Positions 35,912-50,829 are shown, numbered from the stretch's first letter. The stretch is DNA of 64,000 nucleotides from Macrostomum lignano (GCA_002269645.1 NIVC01002792.1:1-64000), one strand, 5' to 3'. Notes: generated by a model not told the origin, from the sequence alone. Made by a program: numbers and translations.

Positions 35912-36678
35912 TGGCGCCCCTGTCTCTCGGTTGGCGCTCCTGTCTCTCGGTGGGCGCATCTGTCTCTCGGTGGGCGCATCTGTCTCTCGGTGGGCGCCCC
36001 TGTCTCTCGGTGGGCGTCCCTGTCTCTCGGTGGGGGCTCCTGTCTCTCGGTTGGCGCTCCTGTCTCTCGTTTGGCGCTCCTGTCTCTCGGTTGGCGCATC
36101 TGTCTCTCGGTGGGCGCCCCTGTCTCTCGGTTGGCGCTCCTGTCTCCCGGTGGGCGCATCTGTCTCTCGGTTGGCGCTCCTGTCTCTCGGTTGGCGCTCC
36201 TGTCTCTCGGTTGGCGCTCCTGTCTCTCGGTGGGCGCATCTGTCTCTCGGTTGGCGCTCCTGTCTCTCGGTGGGCAGTCTGTCTCTCGGTTGGCGCTCCT
36301 GTCTCTCGGTTGGCGCCCCTGTCTCTCGGTGGGCGCCCCTGTCTCTCGGTGGGCGCCCCTGTCTCTCGGTGGGCGCATCTGTCTCTCGGTGGGCGCCCCT
36401 GTCTCTCGGTTGGCGCTCCTGTCTCTCGGTTGGCGCTCCTGTCTCTCGGTTGGCGCCCCTGTCTCTCGGTTGGCGCTCCTGTCTCTCGGTGGGCGCCCCT
36501 GTCTCTCGGTTGGCGCTCCTGTCTCTCGGTGGGCGCCCCTGTCTCTCGGTTGGCGCTCCTGTCTCCCGGTGGGCGCATCTGTCTCTCGGTTGGCGCTCCT
36601 GTCTCTCGGTGGGCGCATCTGTCTCTCGGTTGGCGTCCCTGTCTCTCGGTGGGCGCCCCTGTCTCTCAGTGGGCGCGA
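35912..36678. repeat. 20-bp minisatellite (TGTCTCTCGGTKGGCGCHYC)n
   Basis: Period 20 read directly. Confidence 0.96.
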
Positions 36679-37944
36679 TTTTGTCGGGTCGGGTGACTCC
36701 TCGCCTTTGATACAGGGTGTGACAACTTCGAACTTCCCAAACGTTCGCAAACTTCAAAGAGTCTTAACTCGCAACAAACCAGCGAGGTTGCTAAGCTCAT
36801 GGATCGTGATTCGCGTTGTAAAGTAAAGCTTGGAACTCGGTGAGCAGTCGGTGGCCTAACCCTAGTCTTGCTAGATCATAAAATTATATGCGTAACAGGT
36901 ATTTATACACTCTGCAGCATTATTGAATACCACCACCCCAGAGCATGGGCAGAACGATTGACTTCAGCTCACTACCTACACTGTAAATGACGCAAAGGAT
37001 TTCCAACTCTCTCTGGGGGGGGGGGTTATCACCCCTCTGGTAAATAGTTTTTCGTTTGCCCTTTTTGTAGTTATATTGCTTAAAAGTACGCGCAGATACA
37101 AATGCGTACAACAGGGGTTGGCAATCTCTTCTTTTCTCAGCTTATATCTCTTCTGAGCTCTCTTCTCTCTTCTCTCTCCTCCTCTCCTCTCACTCTCTCA
37201 TCTCACTCATACTGTGTATCAGCACTAGCAGTATTCATATTGCACCTACTACCGCCTGGGCATTCACGTTGTCACGACAACGAGTTCAAAATTTTTAAAT
37301 CAAATCTTAACGCAACTCAAGCAACATTAAAGACCTTATAAAGTGGGCAACGGAGAATGGATGTATGCATGTATGTTCCATATTTAAAATAACTGCCATA
37401 AAGACTTCATGTCTTGCCAATATATCAGACATTATAAAAACATTTAGCATTAACTTTCCGGATTAATGAATTCCGACCCTGGGAATCCTGAGATCCCGCG
37501 ATCCCAGAAAAAGCCCTAAATCCCGGGGCTGTGACCCCTGCTACTCTCTCCTCTCCTCTCCTGTCTCGTCTCTCCTCTTCTCTCTCCTCTCCTCTCCCTT
37601 CTCCTCTCCTTTTCTCTCCCCTCATCACCTCTCTTCTCATTTTCCCCTTGCTTCGCCTCCTCACTTTTCTTCAGGAACAGTGATGTATTTTTACTCACGC
37701 AACAACTTTTATCAGAAAAAATATACAGAACAAGCGTTTACTGTACAGTCCAAGGGCATATCAGGGGCAGAATGTTCAAAGAATGTTCAAATTGTGAGTA
37801 AAGTATGGAGATTGCGATTACATTGATCGGGTTTGTGCCTTCACTTAGAATACCTTGAGCAAATGGCCCGCACCACTGTGAGAAAGCTGAACATTCAGAT
37901 TTGGTTTCTGGTTCTTAATGTACATAGCTAGGGTTTTATGTGCA

Positions 37945-38355
37945 AAGGTTAGGGTTTAGGCTAGGGTTTAGGATGGGGTTTAGGTTAGGGTTTTGAATAG
38001 GGTTTAGGTTAGGGTTTTGGATAGGGTTTAGGTTAGGGTTTCGGATGGGGTTTAAGTTAGGGTTTTTGATAGGGTTTAGGTTAGGGTTTAGGATGGGGTT
38101 TAAGTTAGGGTTTAGGATGGGGTTTAGGTTAGGGTTTTGGATAGGGTTTAGGTTAGGGTTTAGGATGGGGTTTAGGTTAGGGTTTTAAATAGGGTTTAGG
38201 TTAGGGTTTTTGATAGGGTTTAGGTTAGGGTTTTGGATAGGGTTTAGGTTAGGGTTTAGGATAGGGTTTAGGTTAGGGTTTAGGATAGGGTTTAGGTTAG
38301 GGTTTAGGATGGGGTTTAGGTTAGGGTTTTGGATAGGGTTTAGGTTAGAGTTTTG
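37945..38355 (+). repeat. 24-bp telomere-like array (TAGGTTAGGGTTTTGGATAGGGTT)n
   Basis: Period 24; each unit contains TTAGGG and TAGGG variants. Confidence 0.92.
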
Positions 38356-39847
38356 AACAGACTTTGAACAGCTAGCTAAAAAGGTTTCACCTAAAATGCA
38401 TTCTGCGCGATAAATAAGTTTTGGACTCTTACTATTCTGTGTGCTGGACTTCTGTGCCCCTGCCGACGACCAATGCTCAACGATTGGTATGAGCTGTGCA
38501 TTTGTCCCGCTTTTGTGCCGCAACAAGTTGCAAGAATAATAGTGCATGTTTGTTTGCTTACTATTAGTAGAAAAAGTAGATAGTTGGTTGCTACATTCAA
38601 GTCACTCAGTTTTTCTTACACAAGTCCATATTAACAGAGGGAACTGCCAAAAATCAGCACTATCACCCGTTGAAGGTGCCGACGGCGACGGGATGATGAC
38701 GGAACGCTTGAAAGACTAGCTGAGGATGTCCAGCAGTTGCGGCTTGCCCAATGTCGAGGCTTGGTCAGCAAAACTAGAGAAATTCGCATCAGGGTGTCCC
38801 AAGTCACCTGATGCCACCTGTTGAAGGTCCAGAAGCTCCGCCTGGGTGAAGGCCAGTGATCAGCGAAGTCAAAGCTTGTGCAGACACATGTGGTCGCTGC
38901 GCTGCTGGTGAAATTTGGAGGCTTGGCAAGGCTGCACTGAGGCGCAGTGCTATTTGGCGCACAGGGGTGTACTGAATACATTGGCGCTTATGGGAAAAAT
39001 CCGACCTTCTGGCAGAATAGTCGAATATCTGGACGGTCCGGAGGGCTTGCGACTTGATTCTTGTTTGAGAAGGTGCGCAACAAGAATTTAGCTCGTGTTA
39101 TTGAATTTCGTGTGCCTGCGTTGCTCCGTTCCGGCGCTGCAAAAAATGTCAGGGGGGGGGGGAGAATCGGAGGCTTGGTGTTCTTGCTGTTAATCTTCTT
39201 TGTGCAACACATATAGGAGACGATTGCGATATCCAGAGCGAACGCGACTCGTAAAAACGAGACAATTTATTAGACTAGCTGCATTAACTATTTCGATAAG
39301 TCTAGCAAACAGAACATTCTTGTTGACTATTTCTTGAAACTGAGCTCATTTCGTGATGCAGATTGACTTGCTAGGCTGAGTGCAGAAATGACTCGTGACT
39401 TCTCTCACCTGTTGAATCTTTAACAGCTTCAATATCTGTGTCCTCATTAGCAGCTTCACTGAGTCGGAGCATGGACTCCTGACGCTAAGTATCTGGACTG
39501 CAGGGGAGCCACATGAAAATTTCAGTCGTTTTGCAGCTGTCTTAAAGCTTTCTCTGTCAAATCCGGATTCTTAGCTCCCGAAGTCCGCCCACGACAGCTG
39601 GATTGAGAGCTGGGATCAGGTGCCGCAATTGCTCTCCGCCGGTAGGAAAGGGGAAGTGAAAAGTTGGGACACTGCATGACGAGTCGCCTCCTAAACTGAA
39701 AGCCTCATTTCCGCAAAAGGGCCGGATGAGGCATTTAATAGGATGAAGCTGCCTGATCTCTGATTTCTAAGCTCGAAGGGAAATTGCTGCGGGGTACCAG
39801 GTTGCTAATGAGCTCTCAGTCTCATGCTGGACTGCGAGTGAGTGAGT

Positions 39848-41461
<1,614 letters not shown>

Positions 41462-42018
41462 GTCTCCAATTTCCATCTCGCCGGGCCGGGCGCAGCTGCG
41501 CTCGGTGCGACAGTAATGAAGGCTGCCTAATGCAATAAAACCAGCATTTCAGCCGCTCCCTGACAACCCCAGCTCGAGCCCGCTCCCCTCCCCGCCCCCG
41601 TCCCCCATCCGTCCGGGCCATTGGGACGGAGGTTCTGTGCTCGACACAGAAAATAATTAGAACTCCAAGATGAGTTGTGCAGAGGCAATAAGGCCTGGCC
41701 AAGAGCGGGCTGCATAGCGAAGGAGTGGGCGCGCATCGAATCTCCGCAAAGGTCGCGCAAAGACAGCAACCAAAAAGGGGATGGAAGAAATAATTCCTCA
41801 CATTTTATTTTATCTTTTTTTAAGAAAAGAATTTATTCCAAAGAGACGGTCGGGGATGAACTTCAAGTTGGCGACTTTCCGGGTAATCTCACAGGATTAT
41901 CTGCGGGTACTTGGTACTTTGAGATTCGTGAAATTGCCAAATTATCAGAACAGAGATTTAGTTAACTGTCTGGATAGTCTTCAATTTTGGTTCGCTAATT
42001 AAAGCCACGTAAAGAGAA

Positions 42019-42725
42019 CTCCCCTTAGTGTCCTTCAGTAGCCCTGCTACCCGAACCCGGAATTCCCCTTAGTGTCCTTCAGTAGCCCTGCTACCCGAAC
42101 CCGAAATTCCCCTTAGTGTCCTTCAGTAGCCCTGCTACCCGAACCCGAAATTCCCCTTAGTGTCCTTCAGTAGCCCTGCTACCCGAACCCGAAATTCCCC
42201 TTAGTGTCCTTCAGTAGCCCTGCTACCCGAACCCGAAATTCCCCTTAGTGTCCTTCAGTAGCCCTGCTACCCGAACCCGGAATTCCCCTTTAGTGTCCTT
42301 CAGTAGCCCTGCTACCCGAACCCGGAATTCCCCTTAGTGTCCTTCAGTAGCCCTGCTACCCGAACCCGGAATTCCCCTTAGTGTCCTTCAGTAGCCCTGC
42401 TACCCGAACCCGGAATTCCCCTTAGTGTCCTTCAGTAGCCCTGCTACCCGAACCCGAAATTCCCCTTTAGTGTCCTTCAGTAGCCCTGCTACCCGAACCC
42501 GGAATTCCCCTTAGTGTCCTTCAGTAGCCCTGCTACCCGAACCCGGAATTCCCCTTAGTGTCCTTCAGTAGCCCTGCTACCCGAACCCGGAATTCCCCTT
42601 AGTGTCCTTCAGTAGCCCTGCTACCCGAACCCGGAATTCCCCTTAGTGTCCTTCAGTAGCCCTGCTACCCGAACCCGGAATTCCCCTTAGTGTCCTTCAG
42701 TAGCCCTGCTACCCGAACCCGGAAG
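42019..42725. repeat. 44-bp minisatellite (CCCCTTAGTGTCCTTCAGTAGCCCTGCTACCCGAACCCGGAATT)n
   Basis: Period 44 read directly. Confidence 0.96.
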
Positions 42726-43014
42726 TCCCGCTCCCAAAGTCATTTAATGTTACCTCCAGGACGACTATTTATTTCTGAATATAAAATTTTAAATAACCTC
42801 AACAATGCTTAAATAAATACAAGTAATTCCATTTTACATCTGTTGCAATATATTTCAAGCAATATTCGAATTTTTAGATAGTTCTAAATCTTTAATCTAA
42901 ATCTAAATTTTTAGATAGTTCCCGCCTCTCACCGACGGGAGAAAAACGACTGTTGCTTAACAATGTTATATTGCATCCATGATATTACAGCATTATAGGG
43001 ATGTTATATCCCTG

Positions 43015-43515
43015 CACTGTGAGGCGCCTCTCACCCCCACCCCTCTTCTGTGAGGCGCCTCTCACCCCCACCCCTCTTCTGTGAGGCGCCTCTCACCCCC
43101 ACCCCTCTTCTGTGAGGCGCCTCTCACCCCCACCCCTCTTCTGTGAGGCGCCTCTCACCCCCACCCCTCTTCTGTGAGGCGCCTCTCACCCCCACCCCTC
43201 TTCTGTGAGGCGCCTCTCACCCCCACCCCTCTTCTGTGAGGCGCCTCTCACCCCCACCCCTCTTCTGTGAGGCGCCTCTCACCCCCACCCCTCTTCTGTG
43301 AGGCGCCTCTCACCCCACCCCTCTTCTGTGAGGCGCCTCTCACCCCCACCCCTGTTCTGTGAGGCGCCTCTCACCCCCACCTCTGTTCTGTGCGGCGCCT
43401 CTCACCCTCACCCCTATTCTGTGAGGCGCCTCTCACCCCCACCCATATTCTGTGAGGCGCCTCTCACCCCCACCTCTGTTCTGTGCGGCGCCTCTCACCC
43501 TCACCCCTGTTCTGT
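43015..43515. repeat. 31-bp minisatellite with palindromic core GAGGCGCCTC
   Basis: Period 31 read directly. Confidence 0.96.
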
Positions 43516-44009
43516 GATGCGCTTCTTACTAAAGACTGGGTCAAAAAACAGTTACAGGATAAGAAGAGTTTGCGAGACAATGCAGCACTATAGGGGCGCC
43601 TTCCATTTCTAGACTGCCATAAACAGACCTGGCTGCTGGGCCCTTGGGGAACGCATTAATAATTTAAGCGGTTGCTCCATTACGGGCAATGATAAAGTGC
43701 GCTAAGTTCAGCTTCCTTGATCCGACGATTCGCTGGATTAGACTTCCGGACAGCAGAAGCATTTCGCTGCAAAATGCATTAGCGAGATAGCAAATATTCC
43801 AGCTTGCTATTTCTATCGTTTTTGAATGCTGCTAAATTGGTTTTTGCCATGGACAAGCTCGGTCCAGAAAAAATACACAAAACTTTGCCCTGTTTTGCTG
43901 GCCTGTTTTAGCATTCTTTCATCTTTAATTTGAGAAACTCTGAGAATCTCCATTACTTGCTTCAGTGTACGAGGTGATTGCAAGTGATTCGTAAGTCCAT
44001 AAGATAAGA

Positions 44010-44715
44010 CAGGGGTCGGCAAACTGTTTATCTCAAGGGGGGTCAGGTAGAGGGTCTGGATAATTGCTGCTGGCGAGATGAGAGAGGAAGAGGGAAAACA
44101 AGAGAGAAGAGGAAAGAGGAGAGGAGAGAGATGAGAAGAGAGGAGAGAGATGAGAAGAGAGGAGAGAGATGAGAAGAGAGGAGAGAGGAGAGGAGAAAGA
44201 GGAAAGGAGAGATATTAGAAGAAAGAAGAGAGAGGGGAGAGGAGAAGAGAAATATGAGAGGAGAGGGGAGAGATGAGATGAGAGGAGATCGGAGAGAGAT
44301 GAGAAGAGAAAGATAAGAGGAGAGGAGAGATGAGAGGAGAGAGAGGAGAGGAGAGAGATGAGAGGAGAGAGACGAGAGGAGAGGAGAGAGGAGAGGAGAG
44401 GAGAAATATGAGAGAGAGAGAGATTAGAGGAAAGAGGAGGGAAGATGAGAGAGATGAGAGTAGATGAGAGAAATTAGAGGAAAGAGAAAAGAGGAGAGGA
44501 GAGAGATGAGAGTAGAGCAGGGAGATAGAGGAGATGAGAGAGGAGAGAGATTAGAGGAAAGAGGAGAGGTTAGAGGAGAGAGATGAGAGAAGAGAGGAGA
44601 GAAGAGGGCTGAAAAGAGACACAAATCCTGAGCGGGCCGGATTGCTATTGTGAAGTTTCAAAGGACCCGAAGGCCGGATAGAGAGGCTTCACGGGCCGGA
44701 GTTGGCCGACCCCTG
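44010..44715. mobile_element. hAT-like MITE containing a GA-rich microsatellite
   Basis: TIRs CAGGGGTCGGCAAAC / GTTGGCCGACCCCTG; degenerate 8-bp TSD AGATAAGA / AGGAAAGA (6/8 match). Confidence 0.8.
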
Positions 44716-44779
44716 AGGAAAGATATCATAAATTTCCTATGAGCGTCCTTCCGCTGTAGAAGCTGGTGGTTGTTCGCTG

Positions 44780-45292
44780 TCAGACCGCGGACTCGCCCTC
44801 CATCAGCGGTCGGGCGGCTCTCTCGGGCCCGCTGGCACCGGGTTGCAACCCGGACTGGCCCAGCTTTGAGTGCGGCTGCACGCAGCGCAGCTGCACCGCC
44901 GTGTCCGCGGCCGCCTCCGCCGCTGTCCCCATCAGCCGGGCGGCCCGGCGGCGTCGTTTTGCGGCTACGCCGGGCAGAAATATTCGGAGAAACGCGTCGC
45001 GAAACTGAGAGCTCATGCCGTAGAGCCAGAAGAAGTTGCTAGCGGAGCTGATCAGCACCAGCAGGTCCATGAGGTTGCCCAGCTGCCGGTAGACTGTCTC
45101 CAGGACGCAGATGTCCGCTGCGGCCGCCAGGTTGAGGCAGCCCTGAGGAAATTCCGTGACGGTGAAGGTGGCCACCACAGCAACCAGCAGGACGGTGGTG
45201 CGAGTGTGCTCACGGAACCGGTGCGCTTCTCGGCTGCTGACCGGCTGCTGCTGCTTATTGTTCGACTTCAGCCGTCTGCGGCGGTTCGCGAT
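44780..45292 (-). CDS. Myosuppressin/DMSR-like peptide GPCR, exon 2 (TM6-TM7, C-tail)
   Basis: Acceptor CAACAG| at 45293-45294 gives LRQ|IANRRRRLK. RTTVLLVAVVATFTVTEFPQG and GNLMDLLVLISSASNF..YGMSSQFR match the myosuppressin-receptor family pattern. Confidence 0.85.
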   Translation of the reverse strand: MANRRRRLKSNNKQQQPVSSREAHRFREHTRTTVLLVAVVATFTVTEFPQGCLNLAAAADICVLETVYRQLGNLMDLLVLISSASNFFWLYGMSSQFRDAFLRIFLPGVAAKRRRRAARLMGTAAEAAADTAVQLRCVQPHSKLGQSGLQPGASGPERAARPLMEGESAV

Positions 45293-45397
45293 CTGTTGGG
45301 GGTTGGGGTGGGATAGGCCGGGCATCAAGCCAGCATCCTGCATCGCCTGTGGATTCCCTCAGGTGTGAGAAAGCAGTCTCCCAGTCACCTTACACAA

Positions 45398-46072
45398 ATC
45401 CCACACTGAATCTCCCAGCTCCCTTCTACAGGATCCCACACTGAATCTCCCAGCTCCCTTCTACAGGATCCCACACCGAATCTCCCAGCTCCCTTCTACA
45501 GGATCCCACACCGAATCTCCCAGTTCCCTTCTACAGGATCCCACACCGAATCTCCCAGCTCCCTTCTACAGGATCCCACACTGAATCTCCCAGCTCCCTT
45601 CTACAGGATCCCACACTGAATCTCCCAGCTCCCTTCTACAGGATCCCACACCGAATCTCCCAGCTCCCTTCTACAGGATCCCACACCGAATCTCCCAGTT
45701 CCCTTCTACAGGATCCCACACCGAATCTCCCAGCTCCCTTCTACAGGATCCCACACCGAATCTCCCAGTTCCCTTCTACAGGATCCCACACCGAATCTCC
45801 CAGCTCCCTTCTACAGGATCCCACACCGAATCTCCCAGCTCCCTTCTACAGGATCCCACACCGAATCTCCCAGTTCCCTTCTACAGGATCCCACACCGAA
45901 TCTCCCAGCTCCCTTCTACAGGATCCCACACTGAATCTCCCAGCTCCCTTCTACAGGATCCCACACCGAATCTCCCAGCTCCCTTCTACAGGATCCCACA
46001 CTGAATCTCCCAGCTCCCTTCTACAGGATCCCACACTGAATCTCCCAGCTCCCTTCTACAGGATCCCACACT
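45398..46072. repeat. 35-bp intronic minisatellite
   Basis: GGATCCCACACYGAATCTCCCAGYTCCCTTCTACA, period 35. Confidence 0.96.
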
Positions 46073-46767
46073 TTAAGTTAACTTGCAGGATTGCCTCCCC
46101 GGCAGAAGTTAAACAAATTTTAAAAGTACTTTAGCCTGTAGTTTGATTTCTGTCGCGTTAAACTTAGCCAAAAGAAGGAATTCGCAGTCCCAGCTCTGCC
46201 CGGCAATAAAAAATTAGTTTGTCATTTTTCCACTGGCATTCCATTTTTTATGCTTCCAGTCGCAACCCCTCCCCCTCAGCCGGTTGCTTCGGATTCCCGA
46301 CAGTCCGCTTCAATCTGCGTCAGGCCGCACGGACAGCCGGGCCTCCTCCATCGATCCTGCTGCAGCCTCGCCAGTTCCTTTTCCCGTGTCGCTGGGCCGG
46401 GGAGCCCCAACCCCCCGCCTAAAAAACCCAGGAGCCTCAGTAAGCGATTGCAACCTGCTTAACTTGGTTGCGCACGGGTAGAGTGATGAAATTATCAAGT
46501 CAGTGCCTGCTGATAGCCAGCTGAATGCTTTGATCTCCCACACTTTTCCGGCGGAAACACGTTTGCTGCGCTAAGTTGCCGACACCTAAAACCTGCTTGC
46601 TAATCTTTCTAATTTTTTATCAATTTCTTCTTTTGCTTCTTTGTAATCCTTGATTACATCTTTTATATTTTTCCTATTCAATCTTTGTCAGCTAGTTCGC
46701 AAAGACCATTTACTGCCGAACCTTAACGCTAATCCCTAACCCTAAATTCAACATAGCCTAAACCTTA

Positions 46768-47100
46768 GGGGGAGCCCGTAGCCCAGTGGCCGAGCGCGGC
46801 GCTCTGGTGTACCAGCAACCCAGGCTCGATTCCAAGTGCAGTCGCATTAATTTGGGGCTGAATTGGAATCTCGGCTTGGCTCTGCTCTTGCAATTAACGG
46901 CCTTGAGAGCCAACCTCCCAAGGCACAGTGAAGTGTACATGCCTAACGATAAATAAAGTTAGGGCCGCTGTACACTCCTGTGTGAGTGTGTGCCTGCTCA
47001 GAGGAGTCGGCGGAATGGGCAGTAATGCCTCTCGCCGGTTGTGTGACAATGTCGCTTAAAGTGCGCCAGGGTGCACACAACCCCCCTGCCTCTAATCAAA
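46768..47100 (+). mobile_element. tRNA-derived SINE
   Basis: Pol III A box TAGCCCAGTGG (46779-46789) and B box GGCTCGATTCC (46823-46833) at tRNA-like spacing, followed by a ~250-bp body. The 3' end is approximate. Confidence 0.7.
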
Positions 47101-47610
47101 GAATAACTGAAACCCCAACCTAAACATATAACCTAAGCCATATCCTGGACCCTAATCCAAAATGAAAGTGGCTGCCCTCGCAAATTTCGGTTATCTCTCT
47201 GCTTTTAATAATTTATCCATTCCTGCGTGATCCTTTACTTGGCCCATTAAGCTAATAAAAGAGTCAGTGCCAACTCATATTTCCCGAACTTAAGCTGGAG
47301 GGGGTGTCGAGCCGGTCTTCCCAGCCCTTCTTTCAAAGCCAGTCTCAGCCTCTTTTGCACATTTCTGAGTCCTATAACTCCCACTCAAGCAAAAGTTTTT
47401 TTTGAGTCCGCATTTCGTGCGACTCCGACTTTTAGACTAGTTGGTCTGGCTGCTATTCTCATTCCAGCTCAGAGAGATGTCTTCAGTCTCCTCTCAACTG
47501 CTGCCGTGTGCATCCCCTAGGGGATCCAGTTTCAAAAGAATTGATTCAAGTATCACGATATGCCCTTCCCGTCTTCTAGTAGGCGTTCCAGTCGGGCTCG
47601 CTAAACTCAA

Positions 47611-48612
47611 GGCTGAGACACCTCTGCAATGTGCAGGAGGGGCTGAGACACCTCTGCAATGTGCGGGAGGGGCTGAGACACCTCTGCAATGTGCGGGAGG
47701 GGCTGAGACACCACTGCAATGTGCGGGAGGGGCTGAGACACCTCTGCAATGTGCGGGAGGGGCTGAGACACCTCTGCAATGTGCAGGAGGGGCTGAGACA
47801 CCTCTGCAATGTGCGGGAGGGGCTGAGACACCTCTGCAATGTGCGGGAGGGGCTGAGACACCACTGCAATGTGCGGGAGGGGCTGAGACACCTCTGCAAT
47901 GTGCGGGAGGGGCTGAGACACCTCTGCAATGTGCAGGAGGGGCTGAGACACCTCTGCAATGTGCGGGAGGGGCTGAGACACCACTGCAATGTGCGGGAGG
48001 GGCTGAGACACCTCTGCAATGTGCAGGAGGGGCTGAGACACCTCTGCAATCTGCGGGAGGGGCTGAGACACCTCTGCAATCTGCGGGAGGGGCTGAGACA
48101 CCACTGCAATGCTTGGGAGGGGCTGAGACACCTCTGCAATGTGCGGGAGGGGCTGAGACACCTCTGCAATGTGCGGGAGGGGCTGAGACACCTCTGCAAT
48201 GTGCGGGAGGGGCTGAGACACCTCTGCAATGTGCAGGAGGGGCTGAGACACCTCTGCAATCTGCGGGAGGGGCTGAGACACCACTGCAATGCTTGGGAGG
48301 GGCTGAGACACCTCTGCAATGTGCGGGAGGGGCTGAGACACCTCTGCAATGTGCGGGAGGGGCTGAGACACCACTGCAATGCTTGGGAGGGGCTGAGACA
48401 CCACTGCAATGCTTGGGAGGGGCTGAGACACCTCTGCAATGTGCGGGAGGGGCTGAGACACCTCTGCAATGTGCGGGAGGGGCTGAGACACCTCTGCAAT
48501 GTGCGGGAGGGGCTGAGACACCTCTGCAATGTGCGGGAGGGGCTGAGACACCTCTGCAATGTGCGGGAGGGGCTGAGACACCTCTGCAATGTGCGGGAGG
48601 GGCTGAGACACC
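47611..48612. repeat. 30-bp intronic minisatellite (GGCTGAGACACCTCTGCAATGTGCGGGAGG)n
   Basis: Period 30 read directly. Confidence 0.97.
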
Positions 48613-49339
48613 CAATGTCGGAAATCGCGCAGTTCAACTGTTAAATTGCGGTGGCCATTTTGCTCTGTCGGTCAGCGCTATCGGCGGGTACAGCAGCATT
48701 GAGCGCGAGGCTGAGTCCCTGTGTCCCGTCCTGCGCTTCCCTCGAGCCTCGAGCTCCAGTTTTCTCCCTGGGGAAATTGAGAATTCCTCTCTTCCTGTCA
48801 AGCCTCCGGACAGTCGAAAACTTATTTTCTGAGCTGCGGAATATTTTAAAATGGGCTCTCAACGTCGAATGCTCAACTGCCGACAGGGATTTGGGGATTC
48901 CCAGATTTGCTGCGGCTGCTGCTGTAGCCAGCTGCCTGGGCGGGGATGAGGATAGCGTGAGCGACCCCGCTTATCATATAGGGCATCAATAGGCGAGCCG
49001 ATGAAGTGCGCGCGCACCCCTTGCGGGGAGGCTGGGGGCAATCGGGGGGGGGGGTCAACGGCCAGGTGAGAGCGTCAGCTGGGACGATTGAATTCGTCGT
49101 CTCCTTGTTTTGGGGGCCGCCCAATTTGCTGTCAATCTTTTTTGAAACAGTCTGGCATGCCAGAGAGGATTAGCTAAATATGTGGATTAACGAATTGATG
49201 AAAAATATGCACAGGTGTGCACAGCGGGCCCGGCTGTCTGCACAACAAATTTATTTTGGGCCGGGGGGCAGCTGAAATCGAAAGGGCAAGGCTGAGGAAG
49301 AAAATTCAGATGAGAATGGATTGGTGAAAACCTGAAAAT

Positions 49340-50762
49340 GATAGATCAGAGAGAAGAAGACAGAGGGTACGAATAGATCAGGCAGAGGGGTGACAGGGTG
49401 AGAATAGATCAGAGAGAAGAAGACAGAGGGTACGAATAGATCAGGCAGAGGGGTGACGGGGTGAGAATAGATCAGAGAGAAGTAGACAGAGGGTACGAAT
49501 AGATCAGGCAGAGGGGTGACGGGGTGAGAATAGATCAGAGAGAAGAAGACAGAGGGTACGAATAGATCAGGCAGAGGGGTGACGGGGTGAGAATAGATCA
49601 GAGAGAAGAAGACAGAGGGTACGAATAGATCAGGCAGAGGGGTGACGGGGTGAGAATAGATCAGAGAGAAGTAGACAGAGGGTACGAATAGATCAGGCAG
49701 AGGGGTGACAGGGTGAGAATAGATCAGAGAGAAGTAGACAGAGGGTACGAATAGATCAGGAAGAGGGGTGACAGGGTGAGAATAGATCAGAGAGAAGTAG
49801 ACAGAGGGTACGAATAGATCAGGCAGAGGGGTGACGGGGTGAGAATAGATCAGAGAGAAGTAGACAGAGGGTACAAATAGATCAGGCAGAGGGGTGACAG
49901 GGTGAGAATAGATAAGAGAGAAGAAGACAGAGGGTACGAATAGATCAGGCAGAGGGGTGACGGGGTGAGAATAGATCAGAGAGAAGAAGACAGAGGGTAC
50001 GAATAGATAAGGCAGAGGGGTGACGGGGTGAGAATAGATCAGAGAGAAGTAGACAGAGGGTACGAATAGATCAGGCAGAGGGGTGACAGGGTGAGAATAG
50101 ATCAGAGAGAAGAAGACAGAGGGTACGAATAGATCAGGCAGAGGGGTGACGGGGTGAGAATAGATCAGAGAGAAGTAGACAGAGGGTACGAATAGATCAG
50201 GCAGAGGGGTGACGGGGTGAGAATAGATCAGAGAGAAGTAGACAGAGGGTACGAATAGATCAGGCAGAGGGGTGACAGGGTGAGAATAGATCAGAGAGAA
50301 GAAGACAGAGGGTACGAATAGATCAGGCAGAGGGGTGACGGGGTGAGAATAGATCAGAGAGAAGTAGACAGAGGGTACGAATAGATCAGGCAGAGGGGTG
50401 ACGGGGTGAGAATAGATCAGAGAGAAGTAGACAGAGGGTACGAATACATCAGGCAGAGGGGTGACGGGGTGAGAATAGATCAGAGAGAAGTAGACAGAGG
50501 GTACGAATAGATCAGGCAGAGGGGTGACGGGGTGAGAATAGATCAGAGAGAAGAAGACAGAGGGTACGAATAAATCAGGCAGAGGGGTGACAGGGTGAGA
50601 ATAGATCAGGCAAAGATGAACAGGGGTGAGAATAGATCAGACAGAGGGTGGGACAGGGTGAGAATAGATCATCAGACAGAGGTGGGGCAGGGGGAGAATA
50701 GATCAGACAGGTGGGACAGGGTGAGAATAGATCAGACAGAGGTGGGACAGGGTGAGAATAGA
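49340..50762. repeat. 63-bp purine-rich intronic minisatellite
   Basis: GAATAGATCAGG recurs at 49371, 49434 and onward; two internal GAATAGATCA subunits per unit. Confidence 0.95.
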
Positions 50763-50829
50763 TTAGGTGAGTTCTGAGTAGTGAGCAGTAGAGCAGTGAG
50801 TTCCAGAATAGCTCAGAACATTGTGGTAC

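Noticed and set aside
38631-38981. Short ORF-like segment, possibly a transposase remnant
   Set aside because: No diagnostic motif could be recognised.
39405-39750. Possible additional SLC22 exon (ends CAG|GTGAGA at ~39409)
   Set aside because: It has plausible splice signals, but no frame gives convincing SLC22 motifs without several frameshifts.
46768-46845. Functional tRNA gene
   Set aside because: A and B boxes are present, but acceptor and anticodon stems cannot be formed and a long non-tRNA body follows, so it is called a SINE.
47441-48832. 463-aa ORF of AETPLQCAGG repeats (and overlapping 330-370 aa ORFs)
   Set aside because: The 30-bp unit simply lacks stop codons in several frames, and it lies inside the GPCR intron; no evidence of coding.
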